Positions 50,003-64,000 are shown, counted from the stretch's first letter. The stretch: DNA of 64,000 nt from Camelus ferus (GCF_009834535.1 NC_045696.1:114888001-114952000), one strand, 5' to 3'. A program made the numbers and translations. Notes: generated by a model from the sequence alone, not told the origin.

Positions 50003-50370
50003 TGTCAGGAGTATGGGCTAGGTTATGCCGCAGAAACAACCTCAAAAACCCTGGTGTTTTAACACAAAGGGTTATTTTGAGCTCATGCAAAGTCCATTGC
50101 AAGGTCCCATGGCTCTCAGCCCGATGTGGGCAGACAAAAGTCTCTCCAGTTTTTGGAACACAAACGTTTGGTCTTTGCGGAAGGGAAAATGAGAAGATTA
50201 AAAAAAAAATTACAGGCCAGTTTTTACAGGTTCTCGCTCTTGAATGTTCTCAATTGACCTTTTCTTCCACTGATGAAAGAAATTCAGATGGTCACATCTA
50301 ACCTCAAATAGGCAGTGAGGTGGCAGGAAGAAAGATCCAGAAAGATATGTTCAGCTCAGTGGACAAGAGC
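50003..50370 (-). mobile_element. MLT1K/L-like MaLR LTR
   Basis: ggctaggttatgccgcagaaacaacc...ttaacacaaagggttatttt. Confidence 0.65.
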
Positions 50371-50419
50371 ATGACTTCCCTGCCATTCTGGAGACAGCCG
50401 TTAAGTATAGTGTCTAGAC

Positions 50420-50628
50420 CAAGACTTCTTAACCTCAGCACTACTGACATTTTGGACTAGAAAATTCTTTCTTGTGGAGGGCAGCCCTCTGCATTGTAGA
50501 ATGTTTACAGGCATCCTTGACCTCTACACACTCAATGCCAGTGGCATCTCCCAGTTACGGCAACCCTAAGTAGCTCCAGACATTGCCATGTTCCCTAGGG
50601 GAAAATTGATATGGGTTGGAAAACACTG
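50420..50628. mobile_element. MER20 (hAT-Charlie) with 8-bp target-site duplication
   Basis: aacctcagcactactgacattttggactag...gcattgtagaatgttt...tccagacattgcca; flanks gtctagac / gtctaaat. Confidence 0.9.
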
Positions 50629-51759
50629 GTCTAAATGAAATAAAAGATCTACTTTATAAAGTAGGTGGTAAATCTATGAGGTTTCATAAGAAGTAGCACG
50701 TGCTGAAAACAGAAATGTTTATCTCCAAAACTATGTTGATCCATCCATGACCTTTACAAAGTCCTTCTTAACAATCTGAGAAACACTCCCTTATCTTTTT
50801 GATTTGCTCCCACAAGGGTGACAATGCTATGCTCTACTAGAATGTCCGTTGTTTCCTGAGTCAGTGGGAAAGACCCCTTTTTGATAGGAATATGGACACA
50901 TCCATCAAAGTGCCAGCCAGAAAAATACAGGTTTGGGACGTTTCCTAAAACCCTGGCAAGGTGGTTCCAACATCAAATCACAAGAGTGAATTCAAGCCCA
51001 CCTTTGAAGGGAAGCCAGGAAATGGAGATCCGTTTCCAGAGGTAACGCTGAAAGAACATACAGGGACAGTGAAAACATGAGAAAGATCAAGAGGCAGGAG
51101 CCAGATGGTCTCTGCCATAAAGCACGTGTCGCTGGAAACAAACTAGAAGTGTTGATGTATGTGTTCACTCCCGGTCAAGTGTTCACAGCTCAGATTTCCA
51201 GGCTGAGAGATGTAAGTACAAGGATGCTTGACTGGATGAATGGACAGGATGGTGATGAGGGCCACCAAAAACCAAGTGGGTAAACTCAGCTACTGGAAAT
51301 GAATTTCAGGAAGCAGTGGGGCTACCTAAGGAGGTGGAGACAAAGGTCTTCAGCATTACTGCTACAGGGAGAGAAAGGAGATAATCAGGTGGAAATTGTC
51401 ACAAACCTAGATAAGTTCTTTCAAGTTGCTTTTGGCCTTAATGATACAAAAGGGTCTGTATCTTTCTGAGATGCCTTCTGGAGCATAGGGAAGGAAAAAT
51501 CACAGTGCAATGGATGGGTTTGCAGTCTAGCTGTTACCAATATTTATATGCTAATTCATGGTATAATAAATTCATAACGTGAAGCTATAAAATGGATTCA
51601 CTGGCATTTTGTATAATGCTTGACACTAAACCTATTTGCTTTGAATTGAATCCTGTAATTGGCAGGAGATTAATTCTTTAGCATCTTTTTCTATAAATTA
51701 TTTTCTTAGGCAAACAGCAAATAGACCCATCCTATGGCCACGGCTATGCTTGATGTTTT

Positions 51760-52900
51760 AAAAAAAGAATGTTATAGGATCATTATAAATAATTCAAACA
51801 ATAAAGACATACATAAAGATGAGAATTCTCTCTCCTTCTGCCCCTAATTCACTTTCAAACCTCTGTAAGAGCCACTTAAAACTGTAAACCATTTTCAGAT
51901 TATTTTGTAGTTTACTTTTAGGGTTTTTTTTTAATTTGTGTAAAGTCTATTTCCAAAGAGATACTTTCGACAAACATGTTTTAATTTCTATTTTTATTGC
52001 ATTCTGCATTTCTGTTTTGTGTATATTTACATAGAAATTCCATTATTAACAAATATATTAAGTTAATCACTGTTCTTTGCAGTTTTGTTTGCTCATTATT
52101 ATTTCCTGTACATCATGTCTTTGTTTTTCACTTCGATTCATTTTTCTGTTTGCATACACGTGTTTCTTTTCTGAAGTTCCATGGATGGTAATTTTTCTGA
52201 GTAATTACATGCATAGAAATGTCTCTGTTTTGAATATTCTGGAAGTTGGTTGTACATTGCAGGTTCAAAACCTCGTCTTAGCAAGTTTTACATATCGCTA
52301 TTCTGGTAACTTGTATTTTTATTTTTGTTTTATTAACATTTCCTGCACCAAATGAGTTTGGTTCGTATTTCTTCATAGGTATCATCTTTCTTCTCTCTGG
52401 CAGCTTGTAGGGTTGTTGATTTTATCCTTGGCTATTTCACTGTCCAGGAGTGTGGGGCGTGAGGATGTATTGATACTTCTGTGTTCTGGAAGAACTCTTT
52501 TCCTTGCTTTAAACTTCTAATACACTGATTTAATCTTTGGCCATTAGTAATTCTATAATTCTGTTGAGTTTTCTTCTCTTTCTCCCCCTCACCTTTTTAA
52601 ATTTCAGCAGCCATGCTTTTAATTTCTAAGAAAGGTAAATTGTTTTTTGGGTTTTTTTGGTTATGTGTTTTAAGTAACAGGACCTTCTATTTTAGTTATG
52701 TGATAGCATCTTGAAACCCTTTGAAGATACAGATTATACGTTTATTTTTCTCAAAGATTTCTTCTCATTTCTGATTTAGCCCTGTCTCTCAGGGTTAATC
52801 CTTGTTTTGGTGGTCTTTTCTGCCAATGATTTTCCTCAAGCATTTGATGATTTGGGCAGTTTGTTGATATGTGAAAATCAGGGTCTTGATTGACCAAAGC
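51760..52900 (-). mobile_element. ancient L1/HAL1 fragments
   Basis: T-rich; tttttctgagtaattacatgcatagaaatgtct and ttcttctctctggcagcttgtagg resemble antisense ORF1-region sequence. Confidence 0.5.
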
Positions 52901-55069
52901 TATTGATGGAAGGTCTTAACGCAATCCTCTTGAAGATCCGTGTGGTTAATTAGAGGACGCTGCTGGGAACCTGGGTCCAGGTGGCTTATTTTTCTTTGAC
53001 TGTGGAGCACTTATGATCTAAGATGGGGTCTTCTCTGCCAACCTGGTGTCCACATGCTCCTTGGGGTCAGGACCACCTTCATCCCTCAGGCCTGTCATCC
53101 ACTTTGTGTCTCCTAGGGGACTTCCCACTGGATTTAGCAAGATGTACTTAAAGCGTTTGCCTGGCTGGAATTTCTCAGCCAATCAGCTCCTTTCATTGTT
53201 TCCCACCTGTCAACCTATGGGCTGATTTTGCTTCCAACCCTGCTACCCTGCTATCTCAAAGTTCTACTGGGAAAATTCACTTTTTTCAGTTATTTTGGGG
53301 AGGCCCCAATACCAATATCAAGTGCATTCTTAATTTACTGTCATTTAGATTCCAAAAACGTCTTCTAATCATCCAAGACTTTACTTTATGCATCAAAATT
53401 TAAAAGTTCCTAAGAAACATCAAACTGTGTAATTTTGTGTTTCTCTTCTCTATATGTCCATTAAATTCCATGATAGTAAGAGTTGTCCTCTTCTTGTCTT
53501 CATCCGACTTCCAAGCCCATCAGCGTGAAGAAATGAAGTCCAATGGGTAATGACCCAGTTTTGGGTCCATTCCGGGGCAGTTTGCTTCTATTTTAATGAT
53601 AGATACAGTTGGAAATAGGCAATAAAACTCTGATGAAGTACAGACTTGAGTGTTTTTTCTAAGGATAAGAATACAGTTCTACAATATTTTAAATGTTTTA
53701 AAATAGCAATCTAGCCACATTTAGTGTTTATTTCCCTTTAAAAGTTTCTTATTTGGGACGTTTTTGCTTGCATAAACTTATTTAGAAACAATATACAGTG
53801 GAATTTACTCATAAATTACTGTAGTTGTATGCAAAAATAAGTCAGATAGCTCTCCGTAATTATTTATTATGCTTCTGGGAATAGTTCAGGGAGAATTCAT
53901 TAACAAAACTTGTAGAAAGCCATGTATCATGTCCTCAATGAGTTATATTAGTAATGAAACTTTTCAGTTATGATCTGATGAAATATTCGGTCCAGGATTC
54001 TGTCATGTACATTTAGTTCTAAATAGATAATATTGTCATTGGGGGTGGGGGGGCAGGAGGAAGGAAGGAAAGAAAAAAAAAATCAGACAAGATTTATTTA
54101 AAAAGCTCTCCTTACATTAATTTCCCTGTAAAAAATATAAACAACATTTGTCAAAATAATTATTTCTACAGAAGCACAGAAATTGTTGAATTCTTAGGAA
54201 GACATAATGATACACCTGGAACAAAGTCCAGCTGGTTTTCTTCTGCCCGTGGGGTGAGGTGCATTTGTAGAATCCAGTTTGGCCCCAAAATATTTTTGTG
54301 GTATTGAGTCCCTGGGAGCCTGGTGTCTCTCTAGAGGCCACCAGAGAGTCTCAGAGTGCAGATTTTGAGGTTTGAAATGTAGTTATCCCAACCACATCAT
54401 ATTGGATTCCCAGTCTCCCGACTGGCTAGGATGCAGGTCTGAGACCAAACAGAGCAAACTCAATGGATGTCTGTATTTTACCCCCTCAGCAAACTCAAGG
54501 ACTGGTTTTGAAGTGAACTGGTATAGGAGTAAATAATTGTTCCTGGAGCTAGTATTCATCTCCTTGCCGAGGCAGAGAGAATTGCATTGGCAAATTATGT
54601 GTATAGAACTCTTCTTAGTTTTGCTCTGCCCCAGAGTTGGTCTTCTAAATATTCTGAGTCCTGTGACATAGGCTGATTGTGTATTTATGGCAACAATGGC
54701 TAAATGTCTCCTGATCTTTTTTCCACCTCGTGTTATGCTGCCTTCCACGTGCACCCTCTTTTTTCATATATGCTGCTTTTTAAAATAAATAAAAGAAATA
54801 CATTTTCTATTTATTTTATTCATTGCAAACTTCTTGAAATCTCTTAGAGGATTTTTGTTTGTTTTTTTTTTAAGGGTTTCATTTGTTTGGTTGTTTTCTG
54901 TGCAATAGGCAACTAACGGCAAACACAGTCAGGTCGGTGATTAGTCTAATTGTAGGACTTTGACACCAGGTCAGATGGCAGTATGTTCATCCATCTGCCT
55001 CCTGTTCCTTAATGCCCTTTATCTCGATGCTACTGTTTCTGTTCCTACCATTATTTCTACTTGCATCCT

Positions 55070-55735
55070 GTCCCTTTATCATTTCTTTTATATTTTGTGT
55101 TGTAATATTTTGATATGACATTACTTATAAAATTATAGGTTCAGTATAATCAAAATCTGTATATCCATAACCCAACTTAAGAAATAAAACAGGACAATGC
55201 AGCTGATGACCCCTGAGTACCACCTAAAAATTCCCTGACTCTTCCTCAACCAGAAGTAGCTGCTAACCAGATACTGGCATTTTAAAAGTCCATATTTCAG
55301 TATTTAATTTTATATTTAAACTTTATAAAAATCGTCTATTTGACATAACCTTCTACAACTTAAATTCCTCATTGAAAAATTTTTGAGATTCATTTCTATT
55401 GCATAATTCTCTGGAGTTTAGATATGTTACAATTTATTTGCTCATTCTCTGGTTGGTACAAGTTTTTCTATTCTGAACATTACAGGATCAGCATTCTCGC
55501 ATATATTTTTACACACTGTACACGTAAGAGTAAGATTTCTGGGGATTGCATGGCTTAGGGTATACTGGGTTTTTAAGTAAATTAGATATACAAAGTGTTC
55601 TCCAAAGTAGTATGACCAAGTTGCCCACCTCAGTGTCTGAGAATTCAATCCATATCTTTCCTAGTAATTAACATTCGTACAACTTTGCAATGTTTTGATT
55701 TCTGTAATTACTGTTTCTTTTTTCTATAATTGCTT
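55070..55735 (-). mobile_element. old L1 (L1ME-type) 3' region
   Basis: tgtatatccataacccaacttaagaaataaaac; ttctccaaagtagtatgacc...cccacctcagtgtctgaga. Confidence 0.65.
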
Positions 55736-55742
55736 TTTTAAC

Positions 55743-55784
55743 GTGTGTGTGTGTGTGTGTGTGTGTGTATAGAGAGAGAGAGAG
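55743..55784. repeat. (GT)n(GA)n compound microsatellite at L1 tail
   Basis: gtgtgtgt...gtatagagagagagagag. Confidence 0.95.
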
Positions 55785-57266
55785 TGAGTTTATTGTCGTA
55801 CAGTTAGTTTACAATATTATGCCAATCTCTGGTGCACAGCACAGTAATTCAGATGTGTGTATATGTATATATATATTCCTTTTCATGTTCTTCTTCATTA
55901 CAGGCTATCAAAAGATATTGAATATATTTCCCAGTGCTATACAGTAAGACCTTGCTGTTTATCTATTTTATATATGGTAGTTAGTGTCTGCAAATCCTTA
56001 ACTCCAATTTATCCCTCAACCCCCTCCCCTCTTTTCCCCTGGTAACCATAAGTTTATTTTCTATGTCTGTGAATCTGTTTCTGTTTTGTAAATAAGCTCT
56101 TTTGTGCCACTTTTTTTTAGATTCCACATTTAAGTGATATTATATGGTATTTTTCTTTCTCTTTCTCGCTTACTTCACTTAGTATGACAATCTCCAAGTC
56201 TATCCATGTAGCTGCAAATGGCATTATTTTATGAGTGAATGGTATTTCATTGTATATACATATCACAACTTCTCTACCCAGTCATCTGTAGATGGACATT
56301 TAGGTTGCTTCCATGTCTTGGCTATTGTAAATAGTGCTGCTATGAACATTGGGGTGCATGTATCTTTTTGAATTAGAGTTTTGTCTGGATATATGCCCAG
56401 GAGTGGGATTCCTGGATCATACAGCAAGTTTATTTTCAGTTTTTTAAGAAATCTCTATACTGTTTTCCATAATGGCTGCACCAAACTACATTCCCAGCAG
56501 TGTAGGAGGGTTCCCTTTCTCCATAGTCTCTCCAGCATTTATCACTTACGGACTTTTTAATGATGGCTATTCTGACTGGTGTGAGGTGATACCTCATTGT
56601 AGTTTTGATTTGTATTTCTCTGATAATTAGTGATATTGAGCATTTTTTCAGGTGCTTACTCGCCATTTGTATGTCTTCACTGGAGAAATATTTGTTTAGG
56701 TCTTCTGCACTTTTTTGGATTGGGTTGTTTGTTTTTTTGTTATTGAGCTATATAAGCTGTTTGTATATGATGGAAATTAAGCCCTTGTCAGTCACATCAT
56801 TTGCAAATATTTCCTTCCACTCTGTAAGTTGTCTTTTTGTTTTGTTTATAGTTTGCTGTGCAAGAGCTTATAATTTTAATTAGGTCCCATTTGTTTATTT
56901 TTGCTTTTATTTCTATCCCTGTGTAGACTGCCCTAGGAGAACATTGCTAAAGTTGATGTCAGAGAATGTTTTGCCTATGTTTTGTTCTAGGAGGTTTATA
57001 GTGTCCTGTCTTATGTTTAAGTCTTTAAGCCATTTTGACTTTATTTTTGTGTATGGTGTAAGGGACTGTTCTAACTTAATTGATTTATATATAACTGTCC
57101 AACTTTCCCAACACCATTTGCTGAAGAGACTGTCTTTTCTCCATCATATATTCTTGCCTCCTTTGTCAAAGATTAATTGACCATGGTGGGTGGGTTTATT
57201 TCTGGGCTCTCTATTCTGTTCCATTGATCCATATGTCTATTTTTGTAACTATGCCATGCTGTTTTG
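55785..57266 (-). mobile_element. ~1.5 kb L1 3' fragment (ORF2 C-terminus + 3'UTR)
   Basis: ORF 56436-56666 [33 protein letters not shown]...KCWRD is the L1 ORF2 C-terminus; continuous L1 3'UTR to the tail. Confidence 0.97.
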
Positions 57267-57819
57267 TATTTCCTTTCTTCCAACTTTTAAAAATTTATTC
57301 TGTGGTTTTAATTCTTTCCTCCTGTGTTAGGCACTCCTCTTAATTTTCAGACTTCCTTTTTTTTCTAATAGAATTTAAAGTTACAATTTTTAATCATGCA
57401 CACTGATTTCATTAATCACTACCTGTCTTGATTTGCAATAGTTTTATAGTTACTTGATTTTAAGCATTTCCTGATTTTAATTCTTATTACTTGAAGTAAC
57501 AAGTGTAAAAACTTCCACACACCTTTTAGTTGTTTTTGTTGCATTTTTTTTTTGTTGTGTTTTGTTCTTGCTTTCCAGCTTGCATTGTGGTTAGGAAAAT
57601 AAAGTCTATATGAAAGTGATTACATCTATTGAGCTCTGCCTTATGTTCTCCAAAACCCAGACTGATAAAATCAAGTTTCCTTGCCATCTCTTTTTGCTTC
57701 CAAGGGGATATTTTTCCAGTCTACCTTATTTTGAAAGCATAACATTCAGAAGATCTGAATTTTATGAGGAGTCTCTGTTCCAATGCCCATCTAAATAAAA
57801 GTAGTTATTTAAGAAAATA

Positions 57820-59050
57820 AATGGTAGACCAACTAAATACTCATTTTGTGAAAAACAAAACTGAAACCTACTTCTCACCAAATACCAGAATGAACTCCAA
57901 AGTCATCAAAGATCCAAATGTAAGGAGATAAACTATACATAGACTAGAAGAAAAGATGGCTCAGTTTCTTTATAATTTGGATCTAAGAAAGCCTAGACAA
58001 GATGCAAAATTCAAATGTGATAAAGAAAAGACTGACAAATTTGACCCCATAAAGTTATAAAAAGAAACTTTTGTATGAACAACAACAACAAAAAAGACTC
58101 TATAAACCAAAAATATTATACATGACAAATTAAGAGAAAATATTATATCTATAATATATACACATTGCATTATATATGTGTGTGTGTGTGTATATGATAT
58201 ATTTATCAGGTAAAGGATAAATATCCCAAAAATATAAATTCCTAAAAAACAAGAAAAATTACTGAAAACGCAATAGGAAAGTAGACAAGATACCTGGGCA
58301 ATTCAAATTAAACATATATCAATGGCCCTTACCCAAATGATGATTACTACATTTTGCTTATGAATTTAAAATGTAAACTAACACAACACTGAACTATTAT
58401 TTCTCACCTATCAGACTGGCAAGACTTCAAAAGCTGGGAAGTACACTCCACTGATGACACTGTGAAGAATTTTTACTCACACATTGCTGATGGGCACACA
58501 GAAGCACTCTGGGGAAGGATTTGTGATATTCATCAATAGTGCACAAGCATTTCCCATTGGATGGATGTCATTTATAGCTGTACACACTGAGGATAAACTT
58601 CCACCCATACCAAACAACGTACACACAAGGCGATGCATGCTGTGTTATTTGTAACAGCAAAATTTTGTAAACAACCTAAATAAATATCCATAAAAGCCCG
58701 ATTTTAATCAACAATGGGAGACCTTCCCAAAAGACTGTTATGATTCAGATGTTAAAAAAACGAAGTAGGTGTCTAGGAGCTTTTATGGCATGAGTTCCGG
58801 AATAAACTGATTAGTAGAAAAAAAATCAAGATGCAGTAAAATGTTGCTAGCTTTGCTTAAAGAACCATGGGGAAGATGAAAGGAAAAGTAAGGATGGTGC
58901 TTATTACTAGGAGGGGGTGAAAACAGGAGAGAAGGGGTGTATGGATGGGAGGGGGACTACTGTGGGGATACTTCCGATACAGTGTTTTTCTTAAGCAATT
59001 TACCTTCTCAGAAACATTGTTACTAAATGAGGATAAAAATAAAGAACTAA
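57820..59050 (+). mobile_element. old L1 (L1MC/ME-type) ORF2 end and 3'UTR
   Basis: cctacttctcaccaaataccagaatgaactccaaa...aaagatccaaatgtaa; atttctcacctatcagactggcaa. Confidence 0.75.
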
Positions 59051-60745
59051 AATTGAGCCTAACTCTTTGTCTAATTGACACATAAACAGCTCCCCGCTTC
59101 ACCTAAGCCCAAGGTCTTCATGTCTTCCTTGATGAACTCTTAAAACCCCATCCTCAGTGTTTACTTAGTTTTTCCCCTTGAGTTTTCTTGTTGTTTTTCA
59201 TATTATTAACTTAAATTTATGTACTTCAAAGGACATTTATTGTATTTGATACAAATTTTTATGTTTTTGCAAAAGAGAAGTTTTTCAGCAAATCCAGTTT
59301 GTTCTACTGCCGAAAATAAAAGGCATTCTTTCTTGATGTCTCTTTAATCTTCTTTCCCTTCCAACCCACTTCTCTTTTCCTTCTATAATTATCTTTTTGA
59401 TCTTATTGATATTTTATTTCTCATTTTCAATCTGGGATTCAATGTCCTTTCTCTCACGTCTGTCCATAGTCATCATTTGTTCTATAACCAAAAAGAGATA
59501 ATTATCTGGTCATTTTTTATATAATCAGGAAAGATCATCTGAAAAATCATCTCTGAAAACACCTGTATCTTCCTAGAGTTAAAAATTTGAAATAGTGTGT
59601 CACAAGTATTTCATTAAGTAAAAAAAATACAGAAACATGACCTGATTATCTTGCGACTACAAAACGCTCAAACCATTTGCAATTGACTTTTTTGAAATGG
59701 ATTATCAATATGGATGCTATTTTGTCTTTTCTCAGAAGCACTATTTAGTTAAGCTCCTTTCTCTCCTTTTCTCAAAAAAGTTAAGCCAAACATAAATTTA
59801 TCTAAAATGTGTTCATTTTGCCTCTGGTTTGTTTTTTTTTTAAATGTATCTAAAGACTGAAGAATGATTCAAGCCCAGACAATCTTGAGGAATTAGAACC
59901 AGAAGGTGTGTCTCTTGGACTCCACTGAATACATGGAAAAGCTATTCTTTTCCTCTACGTTTATAGTCAAATCTCAAAAAGGGGAGAAAAAAGCTTTGAG
60001 AACTTTAAATACCTGTGAATAGTCAGTTATTAGAGGTAGAGACAGATCTCGTAATAATGGCTTTTTGTACATTTCTGTTTCTGTTTCTAAATACTCTAAA
60101 GCTCATTTCTACAAATGTCTGCTGGAAAAAAAGGCATGGGCATTTTCAGTAAAATAGTAGCACTTTGATATTTCACACTTAGCATTCTAAAAATTATCCG
60201 GTGGCTCCTTTCCTCCTTATGTTAGATTTTCAGAGGGGCTTTTGGACGACCATTCCTTAAGTGGGTTGTGGGAGTTGGGGGAGTTGGAGGGGGAGAATGT
60301 TGAATGTTGAATTGCAATTGCTGAAACTCACATTTTATGCGAATAATTCATCATTTTCAAAGCATAAGCACTTAGCTTGAGTGAACCCTCACTAACACAC
60401 GTTTACTTCCCATGTGTATTTTTAGCTTATTAATACACACATGTGTAATATATAATAATATATAATATATTAATAACTATCCCTGCAGAAGAAATAGTAT
60501 GAAAAGAAGAGTGAATATGACTCTGACTGGCAAAAGGAAAATAATAAAAGATCATATGTTTTTGGCAACATGTTGTAAAATCTAAAACATCACAACAAAA
60601 TGATAGTATTTTCTTTGGACAGCTGCTAGACCCTAAAGATCAGTGAAGAACGCCTGAACTACGAGGTTTCTTAACTATTCCACTTCCAAACTTGACTTTA
60701 AATTAGTTCCCACATGTACAGCATGCTTCGTGTGTCTGCATTTTT

Positions 60746-60925
60746 ACTTCCAGTTTTACTGAGATATAATTGACATACAGCGCCGTGTAAGGAAGGTTAA
60801 GGCGTACAGCATAGTGGCTTGGCATATATATTGTGAAATGATCACCACAGTGAGTTTAGTGAACATCCACCAGCTTATATAGATACCAAAAAAAGGGAAA
60901 ATGTTTGTTTTTTTCCTTGTGATGA
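60746..60925 (-). mobile_element. L1MA9-like 3' end with target-site duplication
   Basis: ttactgagatataattgacatacag...ttgtgaaatgatcaccacagtgagtttagtgaacatcc; flanks tgtgtctgcattttt / tgtgtttgcatctct. Confidence 0.85.
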
Positions 60926-61069
60926 TGTGTTTGCATCTCTTCATTTCTCTCAGCTCTTCTCTTCTTTAAGTGATCAAAGTTTGTTTACTTGAAATCCCAG
61001 TAGGGTAATTTAATTTGCTTTATCTTTTAAGGAAAAGGGGAAATTGTATTTCAAATTAGAAACATATTA

Positions 61070-61638
61070 AGAGGAGTTCTTAACTTGGGGTCTGTGGATA
61101 AATTCTGTTCTCTTTTTTTTTTTTTTTTGTTGATATTGTTGCTGTTGTTTGGTGTGGGGGTGATGGAGTGGGGTATGTGTAATAAGAAATTTTTTGAAAT
61201 ATCACATCTTTATTTTTAATGCCTCTAAGGGAAGTATAGCATTTTTTTTCAATTATGAGTGTTGATGACAAACCATGGTATTATTGACAATTCCTGTGGC
61301 TTTGTCACCAATAGACATAATAGAAATTTATTGTTGGTGCAGAAATATTGATTTATTGTTTATACTTATCTCCACCTTGAAATAATGATTGTTATTAGAC
61401 CTGCCACAAAATCTTTTATTTAATGTGTTAATAAATAAGGATATGTATGACCATGTCATATTTTAAAAATATCTTGATAATGGTATTTTGATGTAATTGG
61501 TTTCCTTTGTAACTATTTGTATTTTAATATTTTATTTTAAGGTATTTGAAACCATCATTATTAGGGGTACGCAGGCTTAAGTAGACTGCCAAAGGAGTCT
61601 ATTGCAGGCACTCACACACACATTCTGAAGAGTTCTTG
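61070..61638 (-). mobile_element. Charlie4a-like hAT element
   Basis: gttcttaacttggggtctgtgga...taattggtttcctttgtaac...aggcttaagtagactgccaaagg. Confidence 0.75.
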
Positions 61639-62254
61639 CATATATTTAGGCAAGCATATTAGAGCAGAAATTTCCTTTTGCAGTGCATGCTCCTGGGGAA
61701 AGAATAATACAGAATTGGTTCCCTGGGTTCCCTGGGTTTAGGTTTCTCAAAGGTCTTGCCAGATGTCCTGTCTACTGTTAGCAAACATTCTCATTTTGAG
61801 TTTTATGTTAGCGGTGTAGCAGTGCAGCCCTGCACATCAGTCCAGCTCAGGGAGATGCAGCATCTCCCTTGCGGAAGGGTTGTTGTTTTATCAATAAAAA
61901 GCCAAGAATATGACATTGCATGAAAATGCCGCATGGAAAAGATAACTTCTAACGGTCTCACTGACAAACGAGTTCTATGAAATGAGCTTGGTATCTTCAC
62001 TGCTGTTGCTTCCACCTGAAAGGTCACCAAAGGCAAAACCACGTTGTTTTTCCTTCTTCCTGCCGTGTCTGAGGTTAACATGGACAAGTGTTAATATGAT
62101 CTCAGTGTGTGAGATGGGAATATGTAATGCTGCCAGCTGATTCCAACACTTTGTGAGTCCAGTTCTTCAGAATGAGGAGAAATGATTTAACCATCATCAA
62201 CATCCATGGACCTCCTGTCTTCAAACTCTTTTTGTGTTATTGGAAGACAGAAGC

Positions 62255-62530
62255 ACAGTTTGTAAAGTCAGCCTGACTAATATTCAAATATGATTCTACC
62301 CTTACTTTTTGACCTTGAGGCTAAGCAGTGTCTCTAACAGAGTGTTCTTGCTGATTGAATGAAAATTATAGCAGCTGTATCACATGACTGTTTAAGTCAA
62401 TGAAATTATATACACATGTGGGTATATATATATGTGTGTGTGTGTATTATATTATATATTATATATATATTATATATGCAATATATAATATACAGTGCCT
62501 TGCAAGGACCCTGGCATAGAGTAAGTGTAC
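62255..62530 (+). mobile_element. MIR with internal (TA/TG)n expansion
   Basis: cccttactttttgaccttgagg...ctggcatagagtaagtg; microsatellite at about 62420-62492. Confidence 0.6.
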
Positions 62531-62860
62531 CCTGCAAGTGCAAGATGAAGACCAGACATTACTATTATGATTTCTAAATCCTTAACTTGAATCTAATCCT
62601 CCCTCAGGAAGTAGAATTCTGCATTTCCCACTGAACAGATGAGTGAGAAAGTCTTAATGGCAATCAAACAAAATAAGTGTGACACTGAACTATTGTTCTC
62701 TCAAAACCAGCTCTCCTAATTCCCCATTTACAATAAGGGCATGAGCATTCTGACAAGGTTTTCGGGCTTAAAAGTTGGGAATCATCTCCATTTATCAATC
62801 AAGTATCTAATCAGTTGGTGAATACTGTTGAAGTAAAAACAGTATGTAGGTTTATATGCA

Positions 62861-63850
62861 TGTAGTGACCTAAAAACCCTAAGGCTCACCAGCTGGAGGT
62901 TACCTGGAATTCGTATCCAATCAATGTTGGATTTATTACCATAAAAAAGAATAAAATAATGCCATTTGCAGCAACATGGATGGACCTAGAGATCATCATT
63001 TTAAGTGAAGTAAGCCAAAAATAGAAAGAAAAATACCACGTGATTTCGCTCTTATGTGAAATCTAAAAAAACAAACAAAAAAAGAAGACACTAAGAAACT
63101 TATCTACAAAAGAGAAATAGACTTGCAGACATAGTGAACAATCTTATGGTTACCAGGAGAAATGGGATGGGAAGAGATAAATTTGGGAGTTTGAGACTTA
63201 CAAATGTTAGCCACTATAAATATAGATTAAAAAAGCAAATTTATTCTGTATAACACAGGGAACTATATTCAATACCTTGTAAAAATCTTTAATGAAAAAA
63301 ATATGAAAATAAATATATTTAGGTATATGCATGACCAAGACATTGTGCTGTACGCCAAAAATTGACACATTGTAATTGACTGTACTTCAATTAAAAAAAA
63401 AAAGTTGGGTTTATTAAACTTGGGAAACCACATCCCAGAGATATATCTTGGGACTCTCAGTAAGCGGGTGTGTGGAGGGGCTTACATAGGTTTGGGATTC
63501 TGTTGCATGGTTCCTATGAGGGTCTGGGAATGCAGCAACCAACTCCAGATTGGATACAATCAAGGCACGGGGAGCTCAGCTGTTGGGTACCTAACTGTTG
63601 GGTGACTTCATGGAGGAGACGAGATGAATGAAACAGGGCTACATTAGGCATTGGTAAAAAGCCAATGGGTAATTGGAAATTACCCGAAAAATGGTGGTGT
63701 TAGTCATTCTGCAGCTGAGATTTGACCTTGGGAGAACACTGAAACATTTTGTATGTGACCTTATCAATGTCACGTTGGAAACATTGGTTTTCTTTTTGTA
63801 GGAACACCACATTCTGATTACCAGCAAGACTGATTTTTTTCTTTCTCACA
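62861..63850 (-). mobile_element. ancient LTR (LTR78/MER110-like) interrupted by L1
   Basis: tgtagtgacc...tttctcaca ends; sequence is continuous across the L1 target-site duplication. Family uncertain. Confidence 0.5.
62939..63400 (+). mobile_element. young L1 3' end with target-site duplication
   Basis: aatgccatttgcagcaacatggatggacctagagatc...tacttcaattaaaaaaaa; flanks aatgttggatttatta / aaagttgggtttatta. Confidence 0.95.
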
Positions 63851-64000
63851 GTACAGTTCTTTTAGAACAAGGTAATTCCACTACATGTCCTTATTCAGTT
63901 TTTAAAGTATTCCACAGCACCTAGTCAAGAACATTATTGATTAATGTTGAGTAAATCTGTAGTATAATTAAACAGTGAAAAATTGAAGTCCAGAGTCAAT

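Noticed and set aside
1..64000. CRISPR array, operon, prophage, intact provirus or novel multi-gene system
   Set aside because: Mammalian repeat-rich non-coding DNA; no repeat-spacer periodicity, long ORFs or clear CpG island seen.

Overview
Mammalian genomic DNA, most likely from a camelid (alpaca/llama/camel). That call rests on two tRNA-Ala-derived SINEs of the vic-1 type and cetartiodactyl-style L1 3' ends. I find no supportable protein-coding gene or functional RNA gene. The listed ORFs are either transposon remnants (L1 ORF2 C-terminus, CR1 reverse transcriptase) or chance ORFs. The window looks intergenic or deep-intronic and is densely layered with repeats: young and old L1, L2, L3/CR1, MIR, MaLR/ERVL/ERV1 LTRs, hAT and Tigger DNA transposons, and microsatellites. 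Several apparently repeat-free blocks may be regulatory. The most notable details are two near-consensus CTCF motifs, a 60-nt near-perfect hairpin at 13035-13094, an internally deleted ERVL with gag remnant, and three 5'-inverted (twin-primed) L1 copies, two of which share the same breakpoint. I found no evidence for a new biological system. Repeat family names come from recalled consensus sequences rather than a database search, and boundaries of old repeats are approximate.
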